In this document: positions 41,006-52,174 of the stretch, piece by piece
How the letters are laid out: each line of letters opens with the position of its first letter
Position numbering within the stretch: position 1 is the first letter of the stretch
NCBI GenBank assembly: GCA_963669175.1
Contig: OY769902.1
Coordinates: 160,001-224,000, forward strand
From: a bacterium
GTDB lineage: Bacteria > Electryoneota > Electryoneia > Electryoneales > Electryoneaceae
Direction: 5' to 3'
Length of the DNA: 64,000 bases
Translations under genes and position numbers: made by a program
The notes under the pieces: generated by a model
What the model saw: the letters and a program-made list of their open reading frames with translations, nothing else
What the model was told of the DNA's origin: nothing
Database searches by the model: none

Positions 41006-41248
41006 ATATGTAAAAAATAAAGATAACCTGTTCTTTTCAGCTTTGCAAAAACCGTTTCTTCAGGCGGAGCCAAACCTAACCCTTTCCCATCACAAATGCA
41101 AGTGAATGCGTGTGCGAAAGAGGCAACGGATCAATTCCAAACGGATTACTACGAGGGCGACGTATCTGTTTCCTTTTGGGAATACACGTTTCACGTTGTA
41201 CTATTGAATACTATATTGATTCTGTTCGTAAAGAAATGAGGGGCGCTC

Positions 41249-42250
41249 ATGTTTGGATTGCGAAAGATGTTGGCTGCTGGACTGATTTTGCTTGTTCTGT
41301 CCGGTTCAACCTTTGCCTTCGAAAAGACCGGCACCACGGCAGCAGCGTTCCTTCAAATCCCGGTCGGCGCACGACTTTCCTCCATGAGCAAGGCAGGTGT
41401 AGCGCTACAGGGCGGGCCGGAAATGCTGGCGACCAACCCGGCCGCAGCCTGGTCCGAGAACATCAATTTGAATGTTACTTACCTGGACTGGTTCGCTGGT
41501 CTGCAACATCAGTCCGCCGCCATTACCATCCCCCATTTCAAGGATCTTGTCCTGGGGCTGCATGTGGTCTCGTTTGGTGGAGATGATTTCGAGCAGACTA
41601 CCTTGCAGGAGCAGGAAGGCGCCGGCGTGATGGTCAACTACAGCGATCTCGCAGTTGGTGGGTCTGTCATTGGCCGCCTGACAGACCGTTTCACCGTTGG
41701 CTTGACCGCGAAATACATCCGTCAGCAATTGTTCAACGAGACCGCTTCCACCTTCGCCTTTGATGTCGGCACCCATTTAACAACCGACCTGCGTGGCTTC
41801 TCCATCGGTATGGCTATGACCAATCTCGGTGGAGAAATGCAGTTATCCGGACGCGACCTGTATCTTGAAGACCCCGCAGGTTCACAATACGAGACCAGCA
41901 AATGGCCGCTACCTCTGAGCTTTCAGACCGGCATAGGTTGGAGGTTGCTGGGGCAGGACTGGGCATTTAAGCAGAACAATACGTATGGGCTTTCTGTTGC
42001 CGCAGACGCCCGTCACCTGAATGAAGGCACCACGACAGTCTGCTTCGGACTGGAAGGCGACTATCAGCGTTTCCTGTTCCTCCGCTCCGGGTATGAAATC
42101 GGCCATGACACCAATGATTTTACTTTTGGCGCCGGTGTTCGAGTGGTGCTATACAATGTGGAAGTGCTGGCGGACCTGGCCCTGGCCGAAATGGGCGATT
42201 TGGGGCAGGTGCAGTGGGTGGGCCTGACGATTGGTCAACGTGCACGATAA
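41249..42250 (+). CDS. PorV/PorQ (UPF0164)-like outer-membrane barrel
   Basis: GTTAAAFLQIPVGAR, NPAA, FAFDVG, LPLSFQTG, FLRSGY. Confidence 0.82.
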   Translation: MFGLRKMLAAGLILLVLSGSTFAFEKTGTTAAAFLQIPVGARLSSMSKAGVALQGGPEMLATNPAAAWSENINLNVTYLDWFAGLQHQSAAITIPHFKDLVLGLHVVSFGGDDFEQTTLQEQEGAGVMVNYSDLAVGGSVIGRLTDRFTVGLTAKYIRQQLFNETASTFAFDVGTHLTTDLRGFSIGMAMTNLGGEMQLSGRDLYLEDPAGSQYETSKWPLPLSFQTGIGWRLLGQDWAFKQNNTYGLSVAADARHLNEGTTTVCFGLEGDYQRFLFLRSGYEIGHDTNDFTFGAGVRVVLYNVEVLADLALAEMGDLGQVQWVGLTIGQRAR

Positions 42251-42279
42251 CGGGACTTTTTCCAGGACAGGAGGCGCAG

Positions 42280-44424
42280 ATGAATCCCCGGCTGTATGCC
42301 GCTCGACGTGAAGAGGATTTGCCATTTGCTCTTGTCGGGTTGGTTCTCAGCCTGATTGTCGCGTTTGACCGTTTCCTTCCCTATTCCATGCCTGAACTGG
42401 CGATTATTCTTATTGTCATTCTCATTTTCATGCGGGTGCTGGCACGTCAGACAACTGTGCTTGTACAGGTGGGCATGTGGACAATCAAACGTCCCCTTCG
42501 CCCCCTGCTGTTATACCACGAAACCGAGCTTGCCAGTATCGAAGTGATTCGAAAAGGACGCTTCGGCAAACGGATTCGCCTGTTATTTCACCGGAATGAT
42601 GAATTGCAACCGGTTGACTTGCATATGGGATCGTTTGATCCGGTGCAATTTCTTTCTGATATACAAGCCGTCTACCCCGAAAAGCTGGATGAATCTGCCC
42701 AGGAATTTCTGGCGCTTAACACAGTAAGTCATCCCTCCCGGATCACCGGGTGGTTCGCCCTGCTGGGGGCGTCGATTCTTGGATTTGACCTGTTGTTACT
42801 GCACTGGCTTCCTTATACAACAAGCCGACCACAGGCTCACGGAATCCAGGTATTCAACAACCTCGCTCCGCTCCTGAGTTGTGCGCTCGCCATGCTGTCG
42901 ATGTACGTCCGTTTCTTTCGTGCAAGGTGGTCACGTCCCTCTGAAGCCTGGTCAACAGCAGCCATACTAATCCTGCTGTTTGTGACCTATCCAGTTGTGC
43001 AGGCCTGGTCTGGCGTCATCGCGCGTCCCCATATCGTGGAAGCCAGTATCGCTGCTCTTTGCCTTGTATTGATCGGCGCCGGTATTCATTCGCTCTTTTT
43101 TCCCGGATGGCGTGGCGCGGCTGTGGTTTACCTGTTGGCAGCTCTCAGTTTTGCCGGGGGACGACACTATGTACTCTCTGTCCCATTCCAGCTAAGCGGC
43201 ACGTTCGGCAGGCTGGACGGCAACCTCCTGGACTTCGGCTGGTGGGATGGGGAACACCCTTTCCTGTACAGCATTGAAAGCCCTGCGATTGATACGTTGA
43301 TCGCCACACGATACAGCGCCAGCGGCGAAACGCTGGACAGTATCCGCTTCGCTTTGCCGAAGAAAGAACATTCGTACTTGATGCAGTATCGCATGGGTAA
43401 GCTGCATCCGTTATGCAATGGTGACTGGGTAGAAACCGGTGGGGATTACCTGGCGATTCGATCATCAGGCAAGGATATTCCCGATACTCTCTGGCGTAAA
43501 TCTGGGGATGTGCTGGGAAAGCCTATCGAATTAGATCAGGCAATGGTTTCACCCAACGCAGATCGTTTTGTCTGGAAACCGCCCTCTCGTGAAGGAATCC
43601 TGTTCGGAAGACTGGAAACTTTGGAAACAGACAGTCTTCCCGGAACAGCCTGGAAAATCGACACGCTGCAATTGGAAGAACATGAAAGCGTACTCGGTAT
43701 CCTTGGCTGGCTTTCTAACGACAAACTGACGTATACCACCAGTGTAAGTAAAGCTTTTGAGCGGTCCTATGTCAGCTTGAATGAAGGCACAATGAACCTT
43801 GAAGTCTCACCTCCCGTTATCCAGCCAACTGAACTGTATCGTGATGAGAGAATCACCTGGCATGATATGAGTCTTTCGCAGTATGGGGTCGTCTTCTCTG
43901 GTGTCGGCCTGGACTCGAATGACAATCACATTCCCTACATCTTGTATCCGGGAAAATCGCCTGAGATAATACGACCGGATGAACAATCTGCATCAGCCTC
44001 ACCATGGGTGGCATTTGACACTCAGTGGATATCGGAAACCGAGACGTATCTGCTTATCAACGAGCAAAATCGAGAGGATTCAAAATATCATATCTGTGTT
44101 CATAGTCAAGGCTCGCTTGAAAAAGTGTACACGCTGAAGCAGGGGATACCAATCGACGTCTCCATAAACAATGGGAAGATTTTCCTCCTGATCCGCAAGT
44201 TATACCGTTATGAGTGGCTGGTTTTGGGAAAGGACGCTCATGGTCAATGGAAAGTGGACTTCACGGCGTGGACATTTGCCCTGTACAACAACCTTTCAAT
44301 TGGCACAACCACGATGCAGGGCAATCGGATTTTCGCTGATAATCACATGCACTTTATACTCCCTTACAAAACCATGCCGGACCTGACAGAAGAAAGCGAC
44401 TTCGCCATCTGGCGGATTAAATAG
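42280..44424 (+). CDS. Hypothetical multi-pass membrane protein with a C-terminal soluble domain
   Basis: RBS GGAGG before ATG 42280; several hydrophobic segments; no recognised motif. Confidence 0.65.
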   Translation: MNPRLYAARREEDLPFALVGLVLSLIVAFDRFLPYSMPELAIILIVILIFMRVLARQTTVLVQVGMWTIKRPLRPLLLYHETELASIEVIRKGRFGKRIRLLFHRNDELQPVDLHMGSFDPVQFLSDIQAVYPEKLDESAQEFLALNTVSHPSRITGWFALLGASILGFDLLLLHWLPYTTSRPQAHGIQVFNNLAPLLSCALAMLSMYVRFFRARWSRPSEAWSTAAILILLFVTYPVVQAWSGVIARPHIVEASIAALCLVLIGAGIHSLFFPGWRGAAVVYLLAALSFAGGRHYVLSVPFQLSGTFGRLDGNLLDFGWWDGEHPFLYSIESPAIDTLIATRYSASGETLDSIRFALPKKEHSYLMQYRMGKLHPLCNGDWVETGGDYLAIRSSGKDIPDTLWRKSGDVLGKPIELDQAMVSPNADRFVWKPPSREGILFGRLETLETDSLPGTAWKIDTLQLEEHESVLGILGWLSNDKLTYTTSVSKAFERSYVSLNEGTMNLEVSPPVIQPTELYRDERITWHDMSLSQYGVVFSGVGLDSNDNHIPYILYPGKSPEIIRPDEQSASASPWVAFDTQWISETETYLLINEQNREDSKYHICVHSQGSLEKVYTLKQGIPIDVSINNGKIFLLIRKLYRYEWLVLGKDAHGQWKVDFTAWTFALYNNLSIGTTTMQGNRIFADNHMHFILPYKTMPDLTEESDFAIWRIK

Positions 44425-44443
44425 AGGACAAGCGCCTCTTATT

Positions 44444-45241
44444 TTGAGGAAAACAGCGCTGCAACCCTTATCCAAAGCGATTCTTTTCACTACAGGTGAC
44501 AACCTCGCCCTGATCCGTCCCCTGGAGCTGGGTTTCATCAAGCACCTGCGCGGGCAGTTGAAACTTGAGATCTGCCGTCTTGGGCGGGTAGCATCCCTGT
44601 TTACCGCGTACCATGAGGCCGCTCTTCATTTTACAGATCCGGATACTCTGCTGATATTCTGTCATGAGGATATCCGTCCCCTGATCATGCCCGATTTACC
44701 GGCAAAACCCACAATAGGGTATACGCCAGAGACCGAATGGTTCAGACCGGCGATTGATCATCCGACCGCATGGGTTGAAGTCGTCAAGAATCTGGCAATG
44801 TGTAAGGATTCCGGCTGGATGGGTGTTGCCGGTTCACGTGGCATTACCAAAGGCTACCCGTGGTGGCAGTATCCTGATCTGTCCGGGAGTACGGTGCATG
44901 CCATGCCCAGGGGCCAAATAACCTTGAATACGTATGGCAACTGGGGACGTGCTGCCGTGCTGGATGGCATGTGCCTGATGATTCGCAGCAGCGCGTATCG
45001 GAAGCTGGCTCCGCCTGATCCTCGTTGGGGCGGTTTTCACTATTATGACATGGATATGTGCCTGCGAGCGCATGCCGTCGGGCTGAAGAATTGGACTGTT
45101 CCGCTGGTGCTGGTGCATGACCGGAGCGGGGCGCGAACCTCGCCCGGCAAAAAGGCTTTTCATGAGGGGCGTGAACTGTTTGAAACTATTCATGGAGACC
45201 AGCTTCCACTCATTGTTCCTTTTGAAACATTCCCCTTTTGA
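44444..45241 (+). CDS. Glycosyltransferase family 2-like protein
   Basis: YHEA, FCHED, GVAG, VLDG, FHYYDMDMCL. Confidence 0.7.
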   Translation: MRKTALQPLSKAILFTTGDNLALIRPLELGFIKHLRGQLKLEICRLGRVASLFTAYHEAALHFTDPDTLLIFCHEDIRPLIMPDLPAKPTIGYTPETEWFRPAIDHPTAWVEVVKNLAMCKDSGWMGVAGSRGITKGYPWWQYPDLSGSTVHAMPRGQITLNTYGNWGRAAVLDGMCLMIRSSAYRKLAPPDPRWGGFHYYDMDMCLRAHAVGLKNWTVPLVLVHDRSGARTSPGKKAFHEGRELFETIHGDQLPLIVPFETFPF

Positions 45242-45289
45242 ACTTGTGCCTTCCTTCATCCCTTCGTAGCTTCCGGGATAGTTATTATT

Positions 45290-45715
45290 GTGGAGAGTGT
45301 TGTGAGCAAAACACCAGACTGGGTGGAAGCAGTCGCACGTATCCTGTTGGGAGGGCTCTTCCTTCTGGAGGCCGGACGCGGGCTGATTCACCCGGGACAT
45401 GTGATGCGTGAATTGATCGCCGCTGGTGTGCCTGGAGTGCCTGCGACTTTTGTCGTTGGTTTGACATTGATCCTGATAGGCAGCCTGGGGTTGATTCTTG
45501 GATATCGTACCCGGACAGCATGCATCTCGCTCGGCATTGTTCTACTGGTACAGATTCTGTTTCTCTATCCTCCCTGGAATCTGACGGCCACGTCTGGAGT
45601 ACCCTTATTGTCCCGTGTCGGCATCTTGGGGGGGCTTCTCCTGATCCTCTTTCACGGCCCCGGTCCGATATCCTTTGATGCACACAAGCTGGTTCCTGTT
45701 CGTCGGAAACTATAA
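45290..45715 (+). CDS. DoxX family membrane protein
   Basis: ARILLGGLF, LILGYRTR, GGLLL...GPGPISFD. Confidence 0.85.
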   Translation: MESVVSKTPDWVEAVARILLGGLFLLEAGRGLIHPGHVMRELIAAGVPGVPATFVVGLTLILIGSLGLILGYRTRTACISLGIVLLVQILFLYPPWNLTATSGVPLLSRVGILGGLLLILFHGPGPISFDAHKLVPVRRKL

Positions 45716-45792
45716 TTTACCTTCAGGTGTTTTATTTGGGGCTGGATCAATCCGATCCCGTCCAGTTGGCGTGCGATGCAAAGTAAGCGAGG

Positions 45793-47691
45793 ATGCGGAT
45801 GGCATACCGATTCCTTGAACATATCCAACGGGGAGTGCTGCTGGGTGACGGTGCAATGGGCACCCAACTTTATGAACGTGGTGTATATGTAAACCGCAAC
45901 TATGACGACCTCAACCTCACCGACCCGCACCTGATCAAGGCTATTTACCGGGATTACGTCAGCGCCGGTTCACGCATCATCGAGACCAACACATTTGGCG
46001 CGAATCCCTTCAAACTTGGCAAACATGGTCTCGCGGACCGCACCTTCGATATCAACAAGAAAGGTGTTGAAATCGCCCGTCGTTGCGCAGAGGAAGGCGC
46101 AGGCGTGATGGTTGCCGGTTCTATCGGTCCCCTGGGAAAACCCATCGCACCCATTGGAAAAATCGGAAAAGCAGAAGCCTTTGACGCTTATCGTTCACAA
46201 GTCAAAGGCATCCTGGCTGGTGGTGGTGTTGATGTTTTCATGCTGGAAACCTTCCTTGATCTGCATGAGATTCAGCTTGCCATAGAAGCCATCCGTGAAC
46301 TATCGGATTTGCCGATTGCAGCCCTGATGACCATCGACAGCTCGGGCTTGACCGCCTATGGACGCACCCCGGAGCAAATCGCCGGCGCCCTTTCCGCTGA
46401 ACCGGTGGATGTAATCGGGTTGAACTGCTCCACCGGTCCGCTGGCCATTCTCGATGCCATTAAAAAAATGCGGGAAGTTACGGACAAACCGCTGGCGGCA
46501 TTCCCAAACGCCGGTGAACCGAAACTGGTTGAAGGCCGTATTCTGTACCTGTCCACCCCGGAATACTTTGCGGAGTATACCAAGCGGCTGATTCAACATG
46601 GTGTCACCTTTGTCGGCGGTTGCTGCGGAACAACCCCGAAACACATCAAGTTCATGGCGTCCGCGGTCCGCGCCCTGCAACCGGCGGAACAGAAGCTCCA
46701 GATTGCCGTATCACAGTTAGACAAGTCTACGGGTGATGACGATACCGAGCTGGAACTGGCGCCACGCGGCGAGCGTTCCGCCCTGGGAAAACTGCTCGAC
46801 GATGGTGTGTTCCCGGTTTCGGTGGAAGTACATCCGCCACGCAGCCCAAATCCGGCAAAAATCCTGGCTCAGGCGCAACAACTGAAAGAGGCCGGGATCA
46901 ATGTTGTCAACATCCCGGACGGCCCACGTGCTTCGGCACGCATGAGCCCGGTGGCGCTGGCGCATCTTATCTGCCAGAAAACCGGAATGGACACCATTCT
47001 GCATTACACTTGTCGTGACCGGAACATCCTGGGCATGCAATCAGACCTGCTTGGCGCGGAGGCGTTGTGCATCAGCAATATTCTCGTAGTGACCGGCGAT
47101 CCTCCCAAGTTGGGTGATTACCCCATGGCCAGCGCGGTGTTCGATGTGGATGCAATTGGTTTGCTCCGTATCGCCTCGAATCTTAATCGCGGACGTGATT
47201 TGGCGGGAAATCCAATTCCTCAGCCGACATCATTTTTCCTGGGCGCGGGATTTAATCCGGCTGCGATTGATCTGGCCCTGGAAGTGGATCGACTACATCA
47301 GAAAATAGAGGCTGGCGCTGAGTACATTCTTACCCAGCCTGTCTTTGACCAGGAAAAGCTGTTTTTCGCGTTTGAAAAGACCGGAAAGATTGATGTTCCG
47401 GTATTCGTTGGTATATTACCTCTTGCCAGTTTCCGTAACGCGGAATTCTTCCATAACGAAGTACCGGGTATGGAAGTGCCGAACGTCATTCGTGAACGGA
47501 TGCGTGTTGCCAGTGAAAAAGGCAAGGAGTATGCTTCGGCCGAGGGCATTGCCATCGCCCAGGAATCGTTGTGTGCGACACGAAAGCTGGTGCAGGGCGC
47601 CTACATTATGCCACCCTTCGGGAGGGTGGAACTGGCGATAGAGACAGTGAAGATTTTAGAGCTTAATCCGCAGAAATCATGCGGTGATTAG
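45793..47691 (+). CDS. Bifunctional homocysteine S-methyltransferase/methylenetetrahydrofolate reductase (YitJ-like)
   Basis: DGAMGT, ETNTFGAN, GLNCS, GGCCGT, TCRDRN, TQPVFD, HNEVPG. Confidence 0.93.
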   Translation: MRMAYRFLEHIQRGVLLGDGAMGTQLYERGVYVNRNYDDLNLTDPHLIKAIYRDYVSAGSRIIETNTFGANPFKLGKHGLADRTFDINKKGVEIARRCAEEGAGVMVAGSIGPLGKPIAPIGKIGKAEAFDAYRSQVKGILAGGGVDVFMLETFLDLHEIQLAIEAIRELSDLPIAALMTIDSSGLTAYGRTPEQIAGALSAEPVDVIGLNCSTGPLAILDAIKKMREVTDKPLAAFPNAGEPKLVEGRILYLSTPEYFAEYTKRLIQHGVTFVGGCCGTTPKHIKFMASAVRALQPAEQKLQIAVSQLDKSTGDDDTELELAPRGERSALGKLLDDGVFPVSVEVHPPRSPNPAKILAQAQQLKEAGINVVNIPDGPRASARMSPVALAHLICQKTGMDTILHYTCRDRNILGMQSDLLGAEALCISNILVVTGDPPKLGDYPMASAVFDVDAIGLLRIASNLNRGRDLAGNPIPQPTSFFLGAGFNPAAIDLALEVDRLHQKIEAGAEYILTQPVFDQEKLFFAFEKTGKIDVPVFVGILPLASFRNAEFFHNEVPGMEVPNVIRERMRVASEKGKEYASAEGIAIAQESLCATRKLVQGAYIMPPFGRVELAIETVKILELNPQKSCGD

Positions 47692-47705
47692 TGGAGGAGT
47701 ACAGA

Positions 47706-48563
47706 ATGGCGCTTCAAAAGGGAGTCGTGTGGATTACCGGCGCCTCGGTTGGTATTGGGGCAGCAACTGCTCGGGTAATGGCAAAACGTGGCTGGGCGGT
47801 AGCAGCCAGCGCGCGCAATAAAGACCAGCTTGAAGCGCTTGCGAAGAAATACAGGAATATTCATCCCTACCCGCTCGATGTCGCCGATCCGGTGGCGCGC
47901 AGGGAAGTATACCGGAAAATTCGCGCTGATCTTGGCCCGATAGATGTACTGGTCAACAACGCCGGGTTCGGATTACGTGGCGCGGTGGAAGAAATCGAAT
48001 TCGCCCAGCTTCGCAACATGTATGATGTGAATATCTTCGCTCCCCTCGCCTTGACCAAGCTGGTCCTGCCGGACATGCGCAAACGTCGCGATGGTCGTAT
48101 TGTCATGGTCTCCAGCGTGGTTGGACGTGTCGCCAATCCTTTCAGTGGCGCCTATTCCTCCAGCAAATTCGCTCTTGAGGGGTTAAGCGATGCCCTGCGT
48201 CGTGAGGTTCGTCCCTGGGGGATCAAGGTTATCCTCGTGGAACCGGGGCCAATCGCGACCGAATTTGGCAAACGTGCTCGCAATGGTTCTGAATCAAAAC
48301 TGCTGAGCAAGGATAGCCCCTACGCTCCGTATTACGAAAAAGAACTGGACAAAACTGTCGTTCCGCCGAGGATGTTCTGGGGGCCATCGACTGTGGCAGA
48401 AGCCATTCGTGACGCTATCGAAAATAAAAAGCCCTGCACTCGTTACCCGGTCCACTGGGTTGCATGGTTGATGCCTTTCCTGGATCGTATCCTGCCCACA
48501 TCACTACTGGACAGGATCATGGGAATGCGGCATGGATTAAACAAGCCGGCAGTCTGGCAATAA
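47706..48563 (+). CDS. Short-chain dehydrogenase/reductase
   Basis: ITGASVGIG, NNAG, YSSSK; RBS GGAGGAG before ATG 47706. Confidence 0.92.
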   Translation: MALQKGVVWITGASVGIGAATARVMAKRGWAVAASARNKDQLEALAKKYRNIHPYPLDVADPVARREVYRKIRADLGPIDVLVNNAGFGLRGAVEEIEFAQLRNMYDVNIFAPLALTKLVLPDMRKRRDGRIVMVSSVVGRVANPFSGAYSSSKFALEGLSDALRREVRPWGIKVILVEPGPIATEFGKRARNGSESKLLSKDSPYAPYYEKELDKTVVPPRMFWGPSTVAEAIRDAIENKKPCTRYPVHWVAWLMPFLDRILPTSLLDRIMGMRHGLNKPAVWQ

Positions 48564-48576
48564 CAGAAACACTCCC

Positions 48577-49293
48577 ATGGCAATTCAGAGACAAGAATAC
48601 ACAGCGGCGGCGATCCTGTTGGCTTCCCTGCCCGGTGAAGAACTGCATGCGCGTCGTCCCCTGGCGACCATTGAGCTTGACCACAAACCGATTTTCGTTC
48701 ACGGCGTTGACAGCTTGCTGGAATCAGGGCGTTTTCGCGAAGTCATCGTCCTGATGCACCGTTTCTGGATCATGCAGTCCGTGGAAATCGCCGACCAATG
48801 GCAACTGAAAGCCGTGCATCATATCCTCGCAGGCGAGGATCATGAGATCAATACACTGAAACGTGGCCTGTCTGTAGTACACAAAGCGTACGATGTGGTC
48901 GGGGTACATGACGGCTCGCGTCCCCTTCCCCCTTCCGACCTGGTCGGCCGGGTCATGGATACTGCCCATGTGCAGGGATTGGCTGCGCTGGTCAGGGAAC
49001 TGGGGCCGGGGGAACAACCGGTTGATCGTGATCGTATGTTTACCTTCGAGGGTAAAACATATTCGTTTCAGAGTCCGGTCGGTTTTCGGCTCGATGTGCT
49101 GAAGAAGCTGGTAGAGACCATAGAACCGGAAGTAGATTCTTTTGACCACTGGGTGATCTCGCTGATTGAACAGGGGATTCCTGTCGATCTGATACCATCC
49201 GGTGAGAATAACCCGCGAATATGTACGCCGGATGACCTGGAGCGATGCCAGGATCATATCAAGTACCTGGCAAAACAACGAAAGATGGGGTAG
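48577..49293 (+). CDS. IspD/TarI-like cytidylyltransferase fold, degenerate
   Basis: AAILLA, VGVHDGSRP, QSPVGF, NPRICTPDDL; the Gly-rich nucleotide-binding loop is missing. Confidence 0.7.
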   Translation: MAIQRQEYTAAAILLASLPGEELHARRPLATIELDHKPIFVHGVDSLLESGRFREVIVLMHRFWIMQSVEIADQWQLKAVHHILAGEDHEINTLKRGLSVVHKAYDVVGVHDGSRPLPPSDLVGRVMDTAHVQGLAALVRELGPGEQPVDRDRMFTFEGKTYSFQSPVGFRLDVLKKLVETIEPEVDSFDHWVISLIEQGIPVDLIPSGENNPRICTPDDLERCQDHIKYLAKQRKMG

Positions 49294-49354
49294 ACGGGGA
49301 GATAACTTTCAGGATGTTGGGGACTCGGGAGAATCAGTTCGGGAGGATACCGCT

Positions 49355-52174
49355 TTGAAGAAGCGTACTCTCCTGATAGGGTTGATCATCGTGGTGGTTG
49401 CGGTGGTGACCAGCCAGCTTGCTTCCGGGATAAAGGCAAACCCGCTTACTTCTCTCCTGGTTGATGCGTTCTTCTTTACCCTCGCTTACGTCCTTCTGGG
49501 CAAAGTTCCCGCCGCAGAGAATACCGGACGTGAAACCACACGTTTTGCCCTTGGTGGACTGGTATTCCTGGTTTCTCTGCAATCCTATACTCTTGTAGTC
49601 TGGCTGCTGGGCAATGCGGATGACAGCGCAACCGTTCTCCTGTGGTTATACCTTGCACGACTGGGGCCGATCCTGGGCGCGACCTGGAGTATACGCTCCC
49701 TCCTGCGGCTGGGGGGAGATTACTGGCAACACAGACGAAAACGCATTGTCACCTTCGGTGTAATCCTTGTTTTTCTCGTTCTGAGTTCCGCGCCATTACC
49801 ACTCAGTGTGATCGTATCTGTCCTTGTTTCCCTTTTTGTCATACCGGGAAAATGGCTGGAGGAGCTGGAAGAGGGCTACCGGTGGTGGCTGCCACTACTG
49901 TTTTTTATCGCCCCGGTTGTAGCGATCATCTTTTTGGGACAACTGAGTCCGGAATTCCTGAATAACCTGCAAATCAATGATCCGGAGTTGCAGGAATCCT
50001 TCGAAGAAATCCTGAAATCACGGCACCTCTTCCAGGAAAACTGGGAAAACATTGAATCCGGCGCAACCCTGCTTACACAGGCATGCCTGATCCTGTCCAT
50101 TTACTGGATGCTGCTTCCGGTTCGCATTCTGCTGGGCGCTATTCAGGGAACACTGGGATTACGTATTCCCATCTGGACGAAAATGTCCTTTACCTACATC
50201 TTTAGCACCATCATTCCCACTGTATTGCTGCTGGCGCTGGTAAGCGTCGCCATTTACGCCGGTATGGGAATTATGCGTTCACGCATGGTTCGAACGCTTG
50301 TCTTCGAAGATCTGAATACCCTGGGGCAGATCGCACGCGAGGAGAGTTGTGCAAAAATTTCCCTGCTCGACTCGGTCGCCCTGGGGGTGTACGAACGATC
50401 CGTGCCAAGACAGTCTGTACCTTCCAGTATGCCGCCAAGTATGTTGCCCTATGGCGATCACCTGTCCATGGTGGGACCGGGCATGGATCGTTTTGGCAAT
50501 ACGCAGCCACAGCCAAGCCTCGCTACGCAACCTGAAAGCCCGGATTTCACTTTTCCGGGACTGATTGGTTTGACCAGCCTGATGTCACTTGATGAACATT
50601 CAGGCGACTTCTGGGTCTGCCGTAAAAAGTTGTCTACAACATGGGAAGTACCGGACACCCTTTCCGAGATACCGGGCTGGACGGATTCCACACGCTATCG
50701 CACTGCGATTCTGCCCCTGGAAAACAATAACGCGACCTATGCCGCAGCAGCAGCCTTTGACGACAATCCCAACATGATCCGGGTTGCCTTACGCAGGCTG
50801 ACACCACATGTGTTGAAAAAATACAAGAAAGTTGTGCGAACCGATATCACCATTCTTCCCACAATAGGGATTATCGGGAAAACGGATGGTGGCGAAGTGG
50901 ACAATGAGCTGCGCATTGGCAGTAACAACGATGCGCCAGCCGTTACCATGACCGGCGAGAAAGTGCTGACACTGAGCGCAGTATCCACACTGGATGAAAG
51001 TGCAGATTCTGCTGTTTCTCTTCTGAGACGCTCCATGTATCATGGCGTATCCGAACTTGTTTCCGAAGAAGCGGATGGCGAAACCGGCCATTTTTACGGC
51101 CTCATCACCGTTCACAGTTCTATCGGACAGGTGGTTTCTACCCTGTTCGGTCCCGAAGGTCTCAGCATTGTAATTCTCTGGCTGCTTGGCGCACTTACCT
51201 TGTTGCTGTTGCTTGCAGTCATTATTTCAAGTGTGTTGGGCCTGGGAATCAGCCGTTCCATTACCAATGCAGTCAAACGCTTGCGTGTCGGAACCGAACA
51301 GCTTAGAAAAGGTGATCTCACCACACGCATTCAAGTTAGAAGCCGGGATGAGCTGGGCGAACTGGCGGTCAGCTTCAACCGGATGACCGCCGATCTGAGC
51401 CGGATGCTGCTGGAAATGAAAGAAAAGGAACGGCTCGAGCAGGAAATGCAGATCGCCCGCTCAATTCAGCTTAATCTTTTGCCCAAAGCATTACCACGCC
51501 TTCCTGAATATGAGTTCGCCGCTACTAGTGAACCGGCGCTCGAAGTGGCGGGAGATTATTACGATTGCCTGCAACTTGAAGACGGCAAAATCCTGCTTGC
51601 GGTTGGCGATGTAACGGGCAAAGGCGCTGCGGCGGCCATGCTGATGAGTAACTTGCAGGCCTCACTGCGTGTCTTGATCAGTGCGGACCTGGATCTCCCC
51701 GCGATCTCCAAACGCCTGAACCATATCATTTATCAGAATTCAACGCCCGATATGTTCATCACGTTTTTCGTCGCATTGCTTGATCCGGAAGAAAACAGCC
51801 TCACATTTGTAAATTGCGGACACGACTATCCTCTTTTACTGCAGAATGGCGAGTTGAACCGCTTGACCTCGGGCGGACTTATGCTGGGAGCGTTGCCATC
51901 GGCTGATTACGAAGTCGGGTCCATGACGCTCGCGCAAGGTGACATTTTCCTGGCCTATTCCGATGGTCTTACAGAAGCGATGAACCTGGAAGAAGAGGAA
52001 TTCGGCGAAACGCGTTTGATCGAATCCTTGAAGAAATACGCCTTCATGTCTGCCAACGATATCAAGCGACGCATCCTGCAGGAAGTACGTGCTTTTGCCG
52101 GACGAGAACGTGCGGCGGCTGATGACCTGACCCTCCTGATTATGAAACGATCCAACAGGGAGGATGGTTCGTGA
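49355..52174 (+). CDS. Membrane PP2C/SpoIIE (RsbU-like) phosphatase with HAMP domain
   Basis: TM segments, HAMP DELGELAVSFNRM, VAGDYYD, GDVTGKG, YSDGLTE, DDLTL; start at TTG 49355 after GGAGGA. Confidence 0.9.
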   Translation: MKKRTLLIGLIIVVVAVVTSQLASGIKANPLTSLLVDAFFFTLAYVLLGKVPAAENTGRETTRFALGGLVFLVSLQSYTLVVWLLGNADDSATVLLWLYLARLGPILGATWSIRSLLRLGGDYWQHRRKRIVTFGVILVFLVLSSAPLPLSVIVSVLVSLFVIPGKWLEELEEGYRWWLPLLFFIAPVVAIIFLGQLSPEFLNNLQINDPELQESFEEILKSRHLFQENWENIESGATLLTQACLILSIYWMLLPVRILLGAIQGTLGLRIPIWTKMSFTYIFSTIIPTVLLLALVSVAIYAGMGIMRSRMVRTLVFEDLNTLGQIAREESCAKISLLDSVALGVYERSVPRQSVPSSMPPSMLPYGDHLSMVGPGMDRFGNTQPQPSLATQPESPDFTFPGLIGLTSLMSLDEHSGDFWVCRKKLSTTWEVPDTLSEIPGWTDSTRYRTAILPLENNNATYAAAAAFDDNPNMIRVALRRLTPHVLKKYKKVVRTDITILPTIGIIGKTDGGEVDNELRIGSNNDAPAVTMTGEKVLTLSAVSTLDESADSAVSLLRRSMYHGVSELVSEEADGETGHFYGLITVHSSIGQVVSTLFGPEGLSIVILWLLGALTLLLLLAVIISSVLGLGISRSITNAVKRLRVGTEQLRKGDLTTRIQVRSRDELGELAVSFNRMTADLSRMLLEMKEKERLEQEMQIARSIQLNLLPKALPRLPEYEFAATSEPALEVAGDYYDCLQLEDGKILLAVGDVTGKGAAAAMLMSNLQASLRVLISADLDLPAISKRLNHIIYQNSTPDMFITFFVALLDPEENSLTFVNCGHDYPLLLQNGELNRLTSGGLMLGALPSADYEVGSMTLAQGDIFLAYSDGLTEAMNLEEEEFGETRLIESLKKYAFMSANDIKRRILQEVRAFAGRERAAADDLTLLIMKRSNREDGS

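Noticed and set aside
45716-45798. SAM riboswitch upstream of the yitJ-like gene
   Set aside because: The gap is too short and lacks recognisable SAM-I core motifs.
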